A stretch of DNA of 64,000 nt from Halobacteria archaeon (GTDB lineage Archaea; Halobacteriota; Syntropharchaeia; JACQPP01): NCBI GenBank assembly GCA_038869515.1, contig JAWCQZ010000003.1:126884-190883 (forward strand). Reading direction: 5' to 3'. Both the position numbers and the translations under genes were made by a program. Shown here one piece after another: positions 24,980 through 34,480 of the stretch (within the stretch, counting starts at the first letter, position 1; each line of letters opens with the position of its first letter). Below the pieces are notes generated by a model. It was given only the letters and a program-made list of their open reading frames with translations. It had not been told where the DNA came from and did not search any database.

Positions 24980-25795
24980 ATGTCCACCGACGGTCGCCGG
25001 AGGGTGGAGGCGTGGCCGGTCCGCCTCCCGGGCCTCGTGAAGCCGGGCGATGACTTGGCCGCGATGCTGGCGCAAGCCGCCGACCTCCGCCCCGGGGACG
25101 TCGTGGCGGTCTCCTCCACCGTCGTCGCGAAGGCGGAGGGGCGGGCTGTCGCCCTCGCCGAGGTGGAGCCGGGGGCGGAGGCGCGGCGCATCGCGAGGCG
25201 CAACCGGGACGACCCGCGGTTCGTCGAGGTGGTGCTGCGGGAGGCCTCCGAGGTCCTCATTGAGAGCCCCTTCCTCCTGGTCCGCACCCGCTTCGGCGCC
25301 GTCTGCCCCAACGCCGGCGTGGACCGCTCCAACACAGAGCCCGGGACCGCCCTCCGCCATCCCGCCGACCCCGACCGGAGCGCCCGGGGCCTGCGGTCGG
25401 CCCTGGAGAGGCGGGCCGGGAAGCCGCTCGCCGTGGTCGTGACCGACACCTGCGGCCGCCCCTTCCGCCTCGGGCAGGCCGGGGCAGCCCTCGGCCTCTC
25501 GGGCTTCGCGGCCATCACCGACTGGCGGGGCCGGAAGGACCTCCACGGCAACCTCCTCGAAGTGAAGCAGGAGGCGGTCGCCGACGAACTGGCGGCCCTC
25601 GGGAACTTCCTCATGGGGGAGTCGTCGGAGGGGACGCCCGCAGCGGTCATCCGGGGCCACCGGTTCGCGGCCGCGAACGGGGGGGCCAAGGCCCTTCACA
25701 GGCCGGTCGCCGAGGATATCGTAAGGAGGGCGTTGCTCCACTACAAAGATGGCGGAAGAGAAAGAGGTCAAAGAGCCGGGCGTCGTCCGGTATAG
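24980..25795 (+). CDS. cofE: Coenzyme F420:L-glutamate ligase (F420-0:gamma-glutamyl ligase)
   Basis: 271 aa; GDDLAAML…GDVVAVSSTVVAKAEGR…VCPNAGVDRSN…VVVTDTCGRPFRLGQAGAALG…DELAA matches the CofE family. Confidence 0.85.
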   Translation: MSTDGRRRVEAWPVRLPGLVKPGDDLAAMLAQAADLRPGDVVAVSSTVVAKAEGRAVALAEVEPGAEARRIARRNRDDPRFVEVVLREASEVLIESPFLLVRTRFGAVCPNAGVDRSNTEPGTALRHPADPDRSARGLRSALERRAGKPLAVVVTDTCGRPFRLGQAGAALGLSGFAAITDWRGRKDLHGNLLEVKQEAVADELAALGNFLMGESSEGTPAAVIRGHRFAAANGGAKALHRPVAEDIVRRALLHYKDGGRERGQRAGRRPV

Positions 25796-25924
25796 CCTGG
25801 GACGTCTCGGGGAGAGGCTTTTCGGGAGGTTCTACTGCCTCTTCGGCCGCCACAAGTTCCGGGAGGAGGGGGTCGCCATCTGCATGAGGTGCCTGAAGCA
25901 GGTGAAGGAGAGGTACGAGTAGTC

Positions 25925-26110
25925 CTATTCGAGCCCCATCTGCATCGCTTTCACTACCGCGGCTTCCCGCTTCATTCCGTGCTTCCGCGTGAGGTGGATG
26001 ACCGCCTCGTCGTAGAGGTCCCAGGTGCTGGTGGTGTCCCGGAGGACCGCGTTGCAGAGGTCGCACTGGAACTCCTTGGTGCCCGCGACGGCGGGGGTGG
26101 CGCCCATCAC
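25925..26110 (-). CDS. Small zinc-finger-like protein (C-x2-C…H-x3-H)
   Basis: 61 aa; FQCDLCNAVLRDTTSTWDLYDEAVIHLTRKHG; excellent codon-3 G+C. Confidence 0.5.
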   Translation of the reverse strand: MMGATPAVAGTKEFQCDLCNAVLRDTTSTWDLYDEAVIHLTRKHGMKREAAVVKAMQMGLE

Positions 26111-26147
26111 CGGCCATCCACCCCCGGGTTAAAAAATCTGCGGCCGA

Positions 26148-27590
26148 CTAAAGGACCTCGACATCGTGGGGCCGGCTCTCCTTCGCTCCCGCCTCGGTGA
26201 TGCGCACGAACTGGGCGTTCTTCCGCATCTCCTCCACGCTCCGCGCCCCGCAGTAGGAGATTCCCGACCGGAGCCCGCCGACCAACTGGTGCAGAATCTC
26301 CGACGCGCGCCCCCGGTAGGGCACCATCGCCTCCACGCCCTCCGCGACCACCTCGGTGAGGTCGTCCTCCAGCGCCTCGCCGTTCTCGCGGCGGGTCCGG
26401 TCCACCGTGGCGCCCATCGAGGCCATGCCCCGGCTCATCTTGTATTTCACGTTGTTCCGCATGACGGTCACGCCGGGGGCCTCGTCGGTTCCCGCGAGGA
26501 GGCTGCCGACCATCACGGAACTCGCGCCGGCGGCGAGGGCCTTCGTGACGTCGCCCGAAGTCCGGATGCCGCCGTCGGCGATGAGCGGGACGCCCTTGGG
26601 GCGCGCCGCCTTGGCGCACTCCAGGATGGCGGTGAGTTGGGGGACGCCGGCGCCGGTGACAATGCGGGTGATGCAGATGGAGCCCGGCCCGACGCCGACC
26701 TTGACGGCGTCGGCCCCTGCATGGATGAGGTCCCGGGTCCCCTCCTCGGTGGCGACGTTGCCCGCGACGAGCTCCACGTCCTCGAACTGCTCCCGGAGGT
26801 TCCGGAGGGCCTCGATGGCATGGTCCGAGTGGCCGTGGGCGATGTCGAGGACGAGGGCGTCGGATCCCGCCTTCAGGAGAGCCGCCGCCCGCTCCAGGTA
26901 GTCGCCCTTGACCCCGATGGCGGCGCCGACCCGCAGCCGGCCCCGCCCGTCCTTGCAGGCCATGGGATACTGGGTGAGTTTCAGGATGTCCTTGCCGGTG
27001 ATGAGTCCCCGGACGTTGCCCTCCCTGTCCACCAGCGGAAGTTTCTCGATTTTGTGCTTGTGGAGGACCTTCTTCGCCTCTTCAAGGGAGGTGCCCACCG
27101 GCGCCGTCACCAGCTCCTCCCGGGGAGTCATCAACTCCGAGACCTTGCGCTTGCCGTTGGTCTCGAACCGGATGTCCCGGTGGGTGAGGATGCCCTCCAG
27201 GCGCCCCCTCCCGTTGACCACCAGGAGGCTCGTGATGCCCTGGGCGGCCATGTACTCCTTCGCCCGGGCCAGGGTCTTGTCGCCGGCGATGACGTAGGGG
27301 TTGTCAATCACGAACGACTCGGAGCGCTTCACCTTCTCGACCTCCTTGACCTCCTCCTCGATGGAGAGGAAGCGGTGGATGATCCCCATGCCCCCCTCCC
27401 GGGCCACCGTGATGGCCATGGCGGACTCGGTGACGGTGTCCATGTTGGCGCTCACCACGGGGATGTTCAGGGTGATGCTCCGGGAGAGCCGGGTCCTGGT
27501 GTCGATTTCCCTGCGGCTCCGGACCACCGCCTTCTTGGGGACGAGGAGGACGTCGTCGAACGTGAGACCGAGACGGATGGAGGACTCCAT
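26148..27590 (-). CDS. guaB: Inosine-5'-monophosphate dehydrogenase
   Basis: 480 aa; IMPDH TIM barrel with CBS pair, catalytic GPGSICITR loop. Confidence 0.9.
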   Translation of the reverse strand: MESSIRLGLTFDDVLLVPKKAVVRSRREIDTRTRLSRSITLNIPVVSANMDTVTESAMAITVAREGGMGIIHRFLSIEEEVKEVEKVKRSESFVIDNPYVIAGDKTLARAKEYMAAQGITSLLVVNGRGRLEGILTHRDIRFETNGKRKVSELMTPREELVTAPVGTSLEEAKKVLHKHKIEKLPLVDREGNVRGLITGKDILKLTQYPMACKDGRGRLRVGAAIGVKGDYLERAAALLKAGSDALVLDIAHGHSDHAIEALRNLREQFEDVELVAGNVATEEGTRDLIHAGADAVKVGVGPGSICITRIVTGAGVPQLTAILECAKAARPKGVPLIADGGIRTSGDVTKALAAGASSVMVGSLLAGTDEAPGVTVMRNNVKYKMSRGMASMGATVDRTRRENGEALEDDLTEVVAEGVEAMVPYRGRASEILHQLVGGLRSGISYCGARSVEEMRKNAQFVRITEAGAKESRPHDVEVL

Positions 27591-27617
27591 GCCGTCTATC
27601 CCTTCTTTTCTCCCTCT

Positions 27618-28289
27618 TTAAGACTTTCCCGCCTTCCCGAGCAGGACGGGGTGGAGGCCGCGGACTGCGACCCCGAACCCGAGGCCCCGCAGCATTCCGG
27701 CGGCCCGTCCGCGTCCGTGGAGCAGCAGTTCCAGCAGGTCGTCGGGCTCGTCCACGTCCTGGGCGAGGCGGAAGGAGTCGAGGACGCCGACCTCCAGCCC
27801 GAGGGCGCGGGCCGCCTCGAGGTGCTTCCGGAAGGAGCCCCGGTGGTAATCCGCCCGGAAGCTGCGGTCGCGGGCGAGGAGGAGCGAGGTGCCGCCCCGG
27901 CGCCCAGGGGCGAGGACCACCGGTTGGGGCATGGAGGCCGCGACGCGGAGGTGGTCGGGCTCCGCCAGAGGAACGTCGGGAACCAGAACGGCGACCCCCC
28001 CGCGGGGCCATCCCCGCCGCCGGAGGCGCTCCAGCATCCGGTTCACGGCGGGGGTGAGAGGGCGCGGGTCGGTCTCGACCCGAACGCGCCCCGGGAGGCG
28101 GGGCAGCCCGCCCTTGCCCGTCGCCAGCACCGTCACCGGCCCGAGGCGCGCCCCGATGGCGGCATCGAGGACGTCGAGGAGCATCGCGTCGGCGAGGGCC
28201 TTCCGCTCGGCGGGTCGGAGGGCCGGGGAGAGGCGCGACTTGGGGCTCCCCGCCTTGTAGGGGATGACCGTGTGTACGGGTCCGGCCAT
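27618..28289 (-). CDS. cofC: 2-phospho-L-lactate guanylyltransferase (F420 biosynthesis)
   Basis: 223 aa from ATG 28289 (MAGPVHTVIPYKAGSPKSRLSP…); CofC-like N-terminal motif and size; track start 28424 is an extension. Confidence 0.7.
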   Translation of the reverse strand: MAGPVHTVIPYKAGSPKSRLSPALRPAERKALADAMLLDVLDAAIGARLGPVTVLATGKGGLPRLPGRVRVETDPRPLTPAVNRMLERLRRRGWPRGGVAVLVPDVPLAEPDHLRVAASMPQPVVLAPGRRGGTSLLLARDRSFRADYHRGSFRKHLEAARALGLEVGVLDSFRLAQDVDEPDDLLELLLHGRGRAAGMLRGLGFGVAVRGLHPVLLGKAGKS

Positions 28290-28294
28290 TCGGC

Positions 28295-28786
28295 TCAGAG
28301 ATGGTCCGCGATGTTCCCGCCGAACGGCCGCTCGCAGTAGACGCACCGGAGCCCCTGCGGGGTCCGGAGGAACCGGGGGACCGTGGGCTCGTTGCTGTTG
28401 GTGATGCAGGAGGGGTTCAGGCACTTCAGGAGGCCCTCGACCTCCCGCGGGGGCTCCACCTTGAACTTGCGGACGACCCGGGTGTCCTCGACGATGTTGA
28501 TGGTCGCCCGGGGGGCCACCAGGGCGATTTTCTGGACCTCCTGGGGCCGCAGGCGGCGGTTCTCCACCTTCACGATGTCCTTGCGGCCCATGGCGCCGCT
28601 GGGGACGTTCATCGCGATGGAGACCGTGTTCCGCTCCTTCTCGGAAATGGAGAGGATGCGGACCACCTTCAGCGCCTGCCCCGCGGGGATGTGGTCTATC
28701 ACCGTCCCGTTGCGGATGGGAAGGATGCGCAGCGTCTTCGGCTGGGAACCGCCGCCGGGGCCCCGGCCGTACCCACTCCGGCCCAC
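28295..28786 (-). CDS. pyrI: Aspartate carbamoyltransferase regulatory subunit
   Basis: PyrI fold with C-terminal zinc domain (CxxxxC…CxxC); track start is GTG, true start may lie a few codons downstream. Confidence 0.85.
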   Translation of the reverse strand: MGRSGYGRGPGGGSQPKTLRILPIRNGTVIDHIPAGQALKVVRILSISEKERNTVSIAMNVPSGAMGRKDIVKVENRRLRPQEVQKIALVAPRATINIVEDTRVVRKFKVEPPREVEGLLKCLNPSCITNSNEPTVPRFLRTPQGLRCVYCERPFGGNIADHL

Positions 28787-28789
28787 GGC

Positions 28790-29764
28790 CTAGCGCCTCC
28801 CGGCGTCGGCGCCCATCACCCGCGCCAGGACCGCCATCCGCACCGGCACTCCGTAGGCCGCCTGGTGGAAGTAGCGGGCGTGGGGGGAGTCGTCGAGGGC
28901 GGGGTCCACCTCGTCCACCCGCGGCAGGGGGTGGAGGACGATGAGGCGCTTCGGCGCCCCGCGGAGGGTCTCAGGGGTCAGCCGGTAGGAGCCCGCGACC
29001 TTGCGGTGCTCCTCGGGGTCGGGGAACCGCTCCTTCTGGATGCGGGTCACGTAGAGCGCGTCGAGCCGGGAGAGGACTCTCTGGAGGGAGGTCGCCTCCT
29101 CGACCCGGGCCCCGGCCGCCCGGACGTCCCGGAGGACCTCCCGGGGCATCCGGAGGGGCTCGGGGGAGATGAGGGTGAGGCGGGCCCGATAGAGGGCGAG
29201 GGCGTAGGCGAGGGAGTGGACCGTGCGGGCGTAGCGGAGGTCCCCGACGAGGCCGACCCGGAGCCCGTGGAGCCGGCTCTCCCTCCGCAGGGTGTAGAGA
29301 TCGAGGAGGGTCTGGGTCGGGTGCTGGCCCGCCCCGTCGCCGGCGTTGATGATGGGGACCTTGGAGATGGCCGCGGCCATCCGGGCCGACCCTTCCTTGG
29401 GGTGGCGGAGGACGATGGCGTCCGCGTAGGCCCCCATGACGCGGATGGTGTCGCTCAGGGTCTCCCCCTTGGCCATCGAGGTGACCTCGGCGGCGTCCAG
29501 GCTGAGGACGTCCCCCCCGAGGCGCTTCATGGCCGCCTCGAAGGAGATGCGGGTCCGGGTGGAGGGCTCGAAGAAGAGGTTGGCCAGGATTTTCCCCTTC
29601 AGGAGGCCCGCGGGCGGCCTGCGCTCCATGACCTCGGCGAGGTCGAGGAAGCCGTCGAGGTCGGCGCGGGAGAAGTCCCGCATGGAGAGGATGTGCCGCG
29701 GAGGCCCGGGCAAAGGAGCGCCCCCGGAAGCGTGCGGGCCCGCCTGTCCGAGGGAACGGGTCAT
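28790..29764 (-). CDS. pyrB: Aspartate carbamoyltransferase catalytic subunit
   Basis: 324 aa; STRTR carbamoyl-phosphate motif, HPTQ, and HPLP motifs. Confidence 0.9.
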   Translation of the reverse strand: MTRSLGQAGPHASGGAPLPGPPRHILSMRDFSRADLDGFLDLAEVMERRPPAGLLKGKILANLFFEPSTRTRISFEAAMKRLGGDVLSLDAAEVTSMAKGETLSDTIRVMGAYADAIVLRHPKEGSARMAAAISKVPIINAGDGAGQHPTQTLLDLYTLRRESRLHGLRVGLVGDLRYARTVHSLAYALALYRARLTLISPEPLRMPREVLRDVRAAGARVEEATSLQRVLSRLDALYVTRIQKERFPDPEEHRKVAGSYRLTPETLRGAPKRLIVLHPLPRVDEVDPALDDSPHARYFHQAAYGVPVRMAVLARVMGADAGRR

Positions 29765-29845
29765 CCCGGGAGAACGGGGCCCCGGCAGAGGCTTATACTT
29801 TGCTTAAATCAGGTTTAAATCCCGGCCCGGGGTGATGCTTCCTCC

Positions 29846-30853
29846 ATGAGGATGCGCACGCGGCCCCTCGGCCGCACCCCAATCAGGGTCTCCGAAATCG
29901 GCTTCGGGGTCTGGACGCTCTCGACCGGCTGGTGGGGAAACTACACCGACGAACAGGCGTGCGCGCTCCTCCGAAAGGCGTTCAAGGCCGGCATCAACTT
30001 CTTCGACGCGGCCGACACCTACGGGAACGGGCGCGCCGAGATGCTGCTCGCGAAGGCCCTCGGCGACGTCCGGGACGAGATTGTCATCGCGACCAAGTTC
30101 GGCTACGACTTCTACTCCCACCCGGGCCGGGACGGGCAGCGGGAATTGCCCCAGAACTGGTCGCCGCAATACGCGGAAGAGGCCCTCCGCAAGAGCCTGG
30201 AGCGCCTCCACACCGACCGGGTGGACTTCTACCAGTTGCACAACCCGCGCCTCGACGCCCTTCAGGACCCCGCCCTCTTCGAGACGATGGACCGGCTGAA
30301 GGAGCAGGGGATGGTCCGGTCGGTAGGGGCCGCCCTGGGACCCGCCCTGCAAGAGAGGCAAATCGCCGAGGGGCGGTTCGCCCTCCGGACCCGCAGGATG
30401 GCGGGCGTCCAAATCATCTACAACATGCTGGAGCAGACCCTGGGCCGCGCCCTCTTCCCCCTGGCCCGGGAGCACGGCGGCGCCCTTCTCGTCCGCGTCC
30501 CCCACGCCTCGGGGATGCTGGAGGGCTCCATGAGCGGCGAGGAGAAATTCGGCCCCGGGGACCACCGGTCCCACCGGGTCAACGACCCCCAGAAGCAGCA
30601 GCGGTGGGCAGAAATGAAGAAGAAGGCCGACGCCCTGGCCGAGTTCCTGACCCGGGACATGACCCTGGGGCAGGCGGCCCTCAAGTTCATCCTCATGCAG
30701 GATCCGGTCGCCACAGTCCTCCCCAACATCTACACCGAGGCGCAACTGGAGGAGTTCGTCCGCGCCTCGGGGGTCCGGGACCTCACCCGGAGCGAGATGG
30801 CGCGCATCGAGCAGATTTGCGCCCCACCCGTGGCCGTGGTTCGCAACCCGTGA
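29846..30853 (+). CDS. Aldo/keto reductase
   Basis: 335 aa; AKR TIM-barrel motifs (…FFDAADTYGNGRAE…). Confidence 0.85.
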   Translation: MRMRTRPLGRTPIRVSEIGFGVWTLSTGWWGNYTDEQACALLRKAFKAGINFFDAADTYGNGRAEMLLAKALGDVRDEIVIATKFGYDFYSHPGRDGQRELPQNWSPQYAEEALRKSLERLHTDRVDFYQLHNPRLDALQDPALFETMDRLKEQGMVRSVGAALGPALQERQIAEGRFALRTRRMAGVQIIYNMLEQTLGRALFPLAREHGGALLVRVPHASGMLEGSMSGEEKFGPGDHRSHRVNDPQKQQRWAEMKKKADALAEFLTRDMTLGQAALKFILMQDPVATVLPNIYTEAQLEEFVRASGVRDLTRSEMARIEQICAPPVAVVRNP

Positions 30854-31542
30854 CGGGGCCGCACCTCCGCCACGGCCACTCCGCGGACGACCCCCGCGCG
30901 CTGGCTCACGAGGTCGGCTCCAACTTCTGGAGCCTCGTGGCACGAGAGGACCTGAAGGCCGAGACCGTCCTCGACGTCGGCTGCGGGACCGGGAGCGCGA
31001 CCCGCCGCCTCGCCACCGTGGCGAGGAGGGTCGTCGGGCTCGACGTGGACCCGAAAGCCCTCGACCGCGCGAAGCGGGAGGCGGAGGAGTGCCGGGTGAA
31101 GAACGTGGAGTTCGTCCAGGGGGACGCGACCGCGGCGGACTATGCGAAATTCGGGCCGCTGGCCATGGTGACCTCCCACTATTTCATGGAGGATGGGGTG
31201 GTCCGGCGCGCCGGGGCCGCCCTCCCCCGGGGCGGGACCCTCGTCTTCGCCTGCTTCCACCCGGACCGCTACCGGGAGGCGGGCATCGAGTCGAGGTTCG
31301 GCTACTCGGAGGAGCGGATGCGGGGCCTTCTCGAAGAATCGGGCTTCGCGGTCGAGGCCCTCCTCGTGGAGCGCGAGAGGGCCCGGGTCGCCTCCTACGG
31401 GGAGGCCTGCATGGTCTTCGGGGAGCGGGCGGTCCGGCGGTGGAAGGAGGACGGCCGGTGGGAGGCGGTGGCGCGGTTCATCGACCGGGGCGGCGGGATG
31501 GTGACGCTCGCCACGCTGGTGGGCAAGGGACGAAAAATCTGA
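30850..31542 (+). CDS. Class I SAM-dependent methyltransferase
   Basis: 230 aa from GTG overlapping the AKR stop (GTGA); motif I VLDVGCGTGS. Confidence 0.7.
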   Translation: MTGPHLRHGHSADDPRALAHEVGSNFWSLVAREDLKAETVLDVGCGTGSATRRLATVARRVVGLDVDPKALDRAKREAEECRVKNVEFVQGDATAADYAKFGPLAMVTSHYFMEDGVVRRAGAALPRGGTLVFACFHPDRYREAGIESRFGYSEERMRGLLEESGFAVEALLVERERARVASYGEACMVFGERAVRRWKEDGRWEAVARFIDRGGGMVTLATLVGKGRKI

Positions 31543-31543
31543 G

Positions 31544-31909
31544 TCAGGCCTGCTCGACCATCCGCTCCACCCACTCCAGGGCCCTTTCCAGGCTCTCGAA
31601 GTTCTGGCACTCCCCCCCGGCCTCATCGCGGCCCGCCGGGTCCGCCGGCCGGAAGGTGTCGCGGGTAGTGACGTCCCGGACCCGGTAGCCGGCGGGGGTC
31701 TTCTCGACGGTGATGGTCCGGACCGTAGCATCGCCGCCCGCGTAGGAGGCGGCGAGGGTCTTCCGGAACCTCACCTGCGAGACCCCGAGACGCCAGAAGA
31801 TTTCCATGGAGTAGTCATCGTGGCTCTTTCGAAGTCGGGCGCAGGCAGGGCTGCGGCGGACACCTTCCTGCAATTCGCGGATTTCCGCGTCAATGGCCCG
31901 GCGGTCCAT
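31544..31909 (-). CDS. Hypothetical protein
   Basis: 121 aa; good codon bias; no family recognised. Confidence 0.45.
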   Translation of the reverse strand: MDRRAIDAEIRELQEGVRRSPACARLRKSHDDYSMEIFWRLGVSQVRFRKTLAASYAGGDATVRTITVEKTPAGYRVRDVTTRDTFRPADPAGRDEAGGECQNFESLERALEWVERMVEQA

Positions 31910-31911
31910 GG

Positions 31912-32526
31912 CTATCCGTGCGGGGATTTTTGCAGGAGCCCGATGGGGAACGGCAGCGGCTTCGGTCCCGGCAGGAGACCGGCCTCGGCCCTCCGCATCA
32001 CCAGGGCGTCGACTCCGTCGCTGTAGTATCCGGGGAGACGGCCCGCCGGTTCGAAGCCGAACCGCCGGTAGAGGGCCTGGGCGGGCCCGTTGTCCATCCG
32101 CACCTCCAGGCGCACAGCGGAAATCCCCTCGGCCCGGTAGAGGTCGAGGGCGCGCTGGAGGAGCGCGGCGGCCACCCCCCGCTTCCGGTGGGCGGGGTCC
32201 ACTGCGAGAGAGAAGATGCGGCCTTCCAACAACCGCCCCGAACTCTCGCGTTCCGAAGCGAAATGGGGTTGAGGCGAGGCCCGCGACCCGTCCCGTTCAC
32301 ATCTCGAAACGCGAGGGTCGCGGGCCGAGAGGGGCGGTTGGTCCTCCGCCAGGGCCGCCACGATGTAGCCGACCACGAGGCCGTCCGCCTCGGCCACGTA
32401 GAAGCCGTCGCTGGCCATCTCGTAGAGTTGGATGAAGAGGGGGGCGTAGTCCTCCGCGAACGCGGCCCGCTCGATGGCGACGACCCGCGAGAAGTCCTCA
32501 GGACGGAACAGCCGCACCCGGAGCAT
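31912..32526 (-). CDS. GNAT-family N-acetyltransferase (RimI-like) with about 40-aa in-frame insertion
   Basis: 204 aa; GNAT motifs (…AVDPAHRKRGVAAALL…YRRFGF…) interrupted by a low-complexity insert encoded by a palindromic DNA segment. Confidence 0.75.
   Translation of the reverse strand: MLRVRLFRPEDFSRVVAIERAAFAEDYAPLFIQLYEMASDGFYVAEADGLVVGYIVAALAEDQPPLSARDPRVSRCERDGSRASPQPHFASERESSGRLLEGRIFSLAVDPAHRKRGVAAALLQRALDLYRAEGISAVRLEVRMDNGPAQALYRRFGFEPAGRLPGYYSDGVDALVMRRAEAGLLPGPKPLPFPIGLLQKSPHG
32245..32326. repeat. Nested inverted repeat inside the GNAT coding sequence
   Basis: GGCCCGCGACCC (32278-32289) and GGGTCGCGGGCC (32315-32326) are perfect reverse complements; outer pair CTCGCGTT (32245-32252) / AACGCGAG (32308-32315). 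Confidence 0.5.
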
Positions 32527-33586
32527 CCTTCACCAATCCCGCCAGACGGGATTTGAGTTCCGCCATCCCCTCCCCGGTCCGCGCCGAGACCGCCACGCTC
32601 TCCAGCCCCCCGGCCTGCGGGAGGCGGCCGCCGTCGGCCCGGTCCACCTTGCTCCAGACCAGAAGGACGCGGTCGGGGTCCACCTTCAGGTGGCCCAGGA
32701 CGCGGCGGGCCTCCCACAGTTTCCGCTCGGCCACCGCCGGGGGCTCGGAGGCGTCCACCACGAGGAGGACGCGGTCGGCGGCCCGCACCTCCTCCAGGGT
32801 CAGATCGAAGGAGGCGACGATCTCCTCCAGGTCGTCCATCGCCTGCACGAGGCCGATGGAGTCGGCGACAAAAACGGGGGCCGGGGAATGGAGGCGCCCG
32901 ACCTTGGAGGAGAGGGTCGTGAAAGGGTGGTCCGCGACCTCCTGGCTCCCCCGGGTCAGGGCGTTGAAGAGTGTGGACTTTCCCGCGTTGTAGAATCCGG
33001 TGAGGGCGACCAGGGGCCCCTTGCCCGCCCGGGCCTTGCGGTGGAGCCCGCGCTGCCTCTGGACCGATTTCAGCCTCTCGGAGGTCCGGCGGACGACCGC
33101 CCGCATCTGCTTCACCTCCCGGAGGTAGGCGAACTCCCCGCGGCCCTTGGGCCCGGGCTGCTCGCCCTTCAGCCTCTCGGAGGCGCGGAACCGCTCGACC
33201 GGGAAGCGCTTCCGCAGGAGGGCGAGTTCAATCTGCATCTTGGCCTCGGGGGTGCGCGCGTTCTTGCGGAAGAGTTCCAGGATCAACTCGGCCCGGTCGA
33301 GGACCGTGCGCTCGAGGGTCTTCTCGAGGTCGTATTTCTGCCGGGAGGTGAGACGGTCCCAGAAGACGACGACCGCGTCGGGAGCGGCGTCGAGCCGGGA
33401 CTTCACCTCCTCCACCTTCCCGGCCCCCACCAGGAATTTGGGGTCGGGCCTCGCCCGCGTCTGGGTGACCCGGTCGAGGACCGCGTAGCCCGCTGCCCGG
33501 GCGATGGCCTCCATCTCCTCCATGCGGCTCGTCCAGACATCGGGGTCGCCGGGGCCCTGGCGGAGCATCACGAGCAGGGCCTTCAT
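32498..33586 (-). CDS. hflX: GTPase HflX
   Basis: 362 aa from ATG 33586; HflX N-terminal domain plus G domain (GFYNAGKSTLFNALT, DSIG, SKVD). Confidence 0.85.
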   Translation of the reverse strand: MKALLVMLRQGPGDPDVWTSRMEEMEAIARAAGYAVLDRVTQTRARPDPKFLVGAGKVEEVKSRLDAAPDAVVVFWDRLTSRQKYDLEKTLERTVLDRAELILELFRKNARTPEAKMQIELALLRKRFPVERFRASERLKGEQPGPKGRGEFAYLREVKQMRAVVRRTSERLKSVQRQRGLHRKARAGKGPLVALTGFYNAGKSTLFNALTRGSQEVADHPFTTLSSKVGRLHSPAPVFVADSIGLVQAMDDLEEIVASFDLTLEEVRAADRVLLVVDASEPPAVAERKLWEARRVLGHLKVDPDRVLLVWSKVDRADGGRLPQAGGLESVAVSARTGEGMAELKSRLAGLVKDAPGAAVPS

Positions 33587-33617
33587 CCCATTGCTTGTTG
33601 GATGATGTTGAAAAACG

Positions 33618-34430
33618 TTATTCAAAAAACCGGAAGAACCGGACTGCGTTCTCCGCGGTCGCACGGGCCACCCGGGCGGGGTCCTCGCCCCGGAACTCCG
33701 CGACGGCCCGGCAGACCCCGGCGACGTCGCCGGGCTCGGTCCGCTCACCGAGGCCGAAGAACGGAGCATCGGTCTCGACGACCAGGCTCTCCAGCGGGGC
33801 GGATTCCGCGGCCCGTTTCGGATTCTTGAACTTGGCCACGTTGGGGGCGATGCTGACGAGGTGGCCCCGGGAGGCCGCCTCGAGGGCGAGGCTCCGGGAG
33901 GCGGTCCAGCAGTGAAACTGGCACGGGACCCCGGAGTCGAGAACGCGCCGGTAGTCCTCCTCCGGCGCGTTCCGCATATGGAGGACCGCGGGGAGGCGCA
34001 ACTCCTTCGCCAGGTCCAGGAAGCGGTCCGCCACCTCACCCATCCGCTTCTGCTGGGCGGGCTCGCGGACCCACTTGTAGTCGAAGCCGAACTCCCCCAC
34101 CGCGACCATCTGCCCCCGGAGGTCCCGCAAACGGTCCATGTAATCCTGAATCGCTGCGCCGGTGGTGCGCAGGAGCGCGGAGGGGTGGAGGCCCAGAGCC
34201 GCGTGGACGAAACCGGGGTGCGCCCGGCGAAGGGCGAGGACCGGCTCCACCTCTTCCGGGGAGCAGGCGCTTACGACCACCCCCGCGAGACCCTCCCGGG
34301 CCCGGGCCAAGACCGAGTCGCGGTCGGAGTCGAAGGCCGGGTGGTGGAGGTGGCAGTGGGCGTCTATGGGCGCAAAATCGCAGCCCTCGCTCGCTGCGCT
34401 CTCTCGGGCGCGATTTTGCAAGGTTGCCAT
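33618..34430 (-). CDS. tatD: TatD-family metal-dependent hydrolase
   Basis: 270 aa; IDAHCHLH…, conserved His/Asp/Glu ligand pattern; the first about 20 codons are encoded by a family-1 repeat, so the true start may be downstream. Confidence 0.8.
   Translation of the reverse strand: MATLQNRARESAASEGCDFAPIDAHCHLHHPAFDSDRDSVLARAREGLAGVVVSACSPEEVEPVLALRRAHPGFVHAALGLHPSALLRTTGAAIQDYMDRLRDLRGQMVAVGEFGFDYKWVREPAQQKRMGEVADRFLDLAKELRLPAVLHMRNAPEEDYRRVLDSGVPCQFHCWTASRSLALEAASRGHLVSIAPNVAKFKNPKRAAESAPLESLVVETDAPFFGLGERTEPGDVAGVCRAVAEFRGEDPARVARATAENAVRFFRFFE
34370..34419. repeat. Family-1 palindromic element (GCGCAAAATCGC-core-GCGATTTTGC)
   Basis: Arms GCAAAATCGC / GCGATTTTGC flank core AGCCCTCGCTCGCTGCGCTCTCTCGGGC; near-identical core at 6091-6120 and, reverse-complemented, 57015-57047. 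Confidence 0.55.
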
Positions 34431-34480
34431 GTGTGAATTCCAGGGGCCGGGGCTTTAAAAGGAAGAGGGATACCCTCCCC

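Noticed and set aside
25749-25922. 57-codon plus-strand ORF (MAEEKEVKEPGVVRYSL…CLFGRHKF…ICMRCL…) overlapping the cofE 3' end
   Set aside because: Not listed as a feature: codon bias is acceptable but it overlaps the cofE C-terminus by 47 nt and no family was recognised. It could be a real small zinc-binding protein and remains unresolved.
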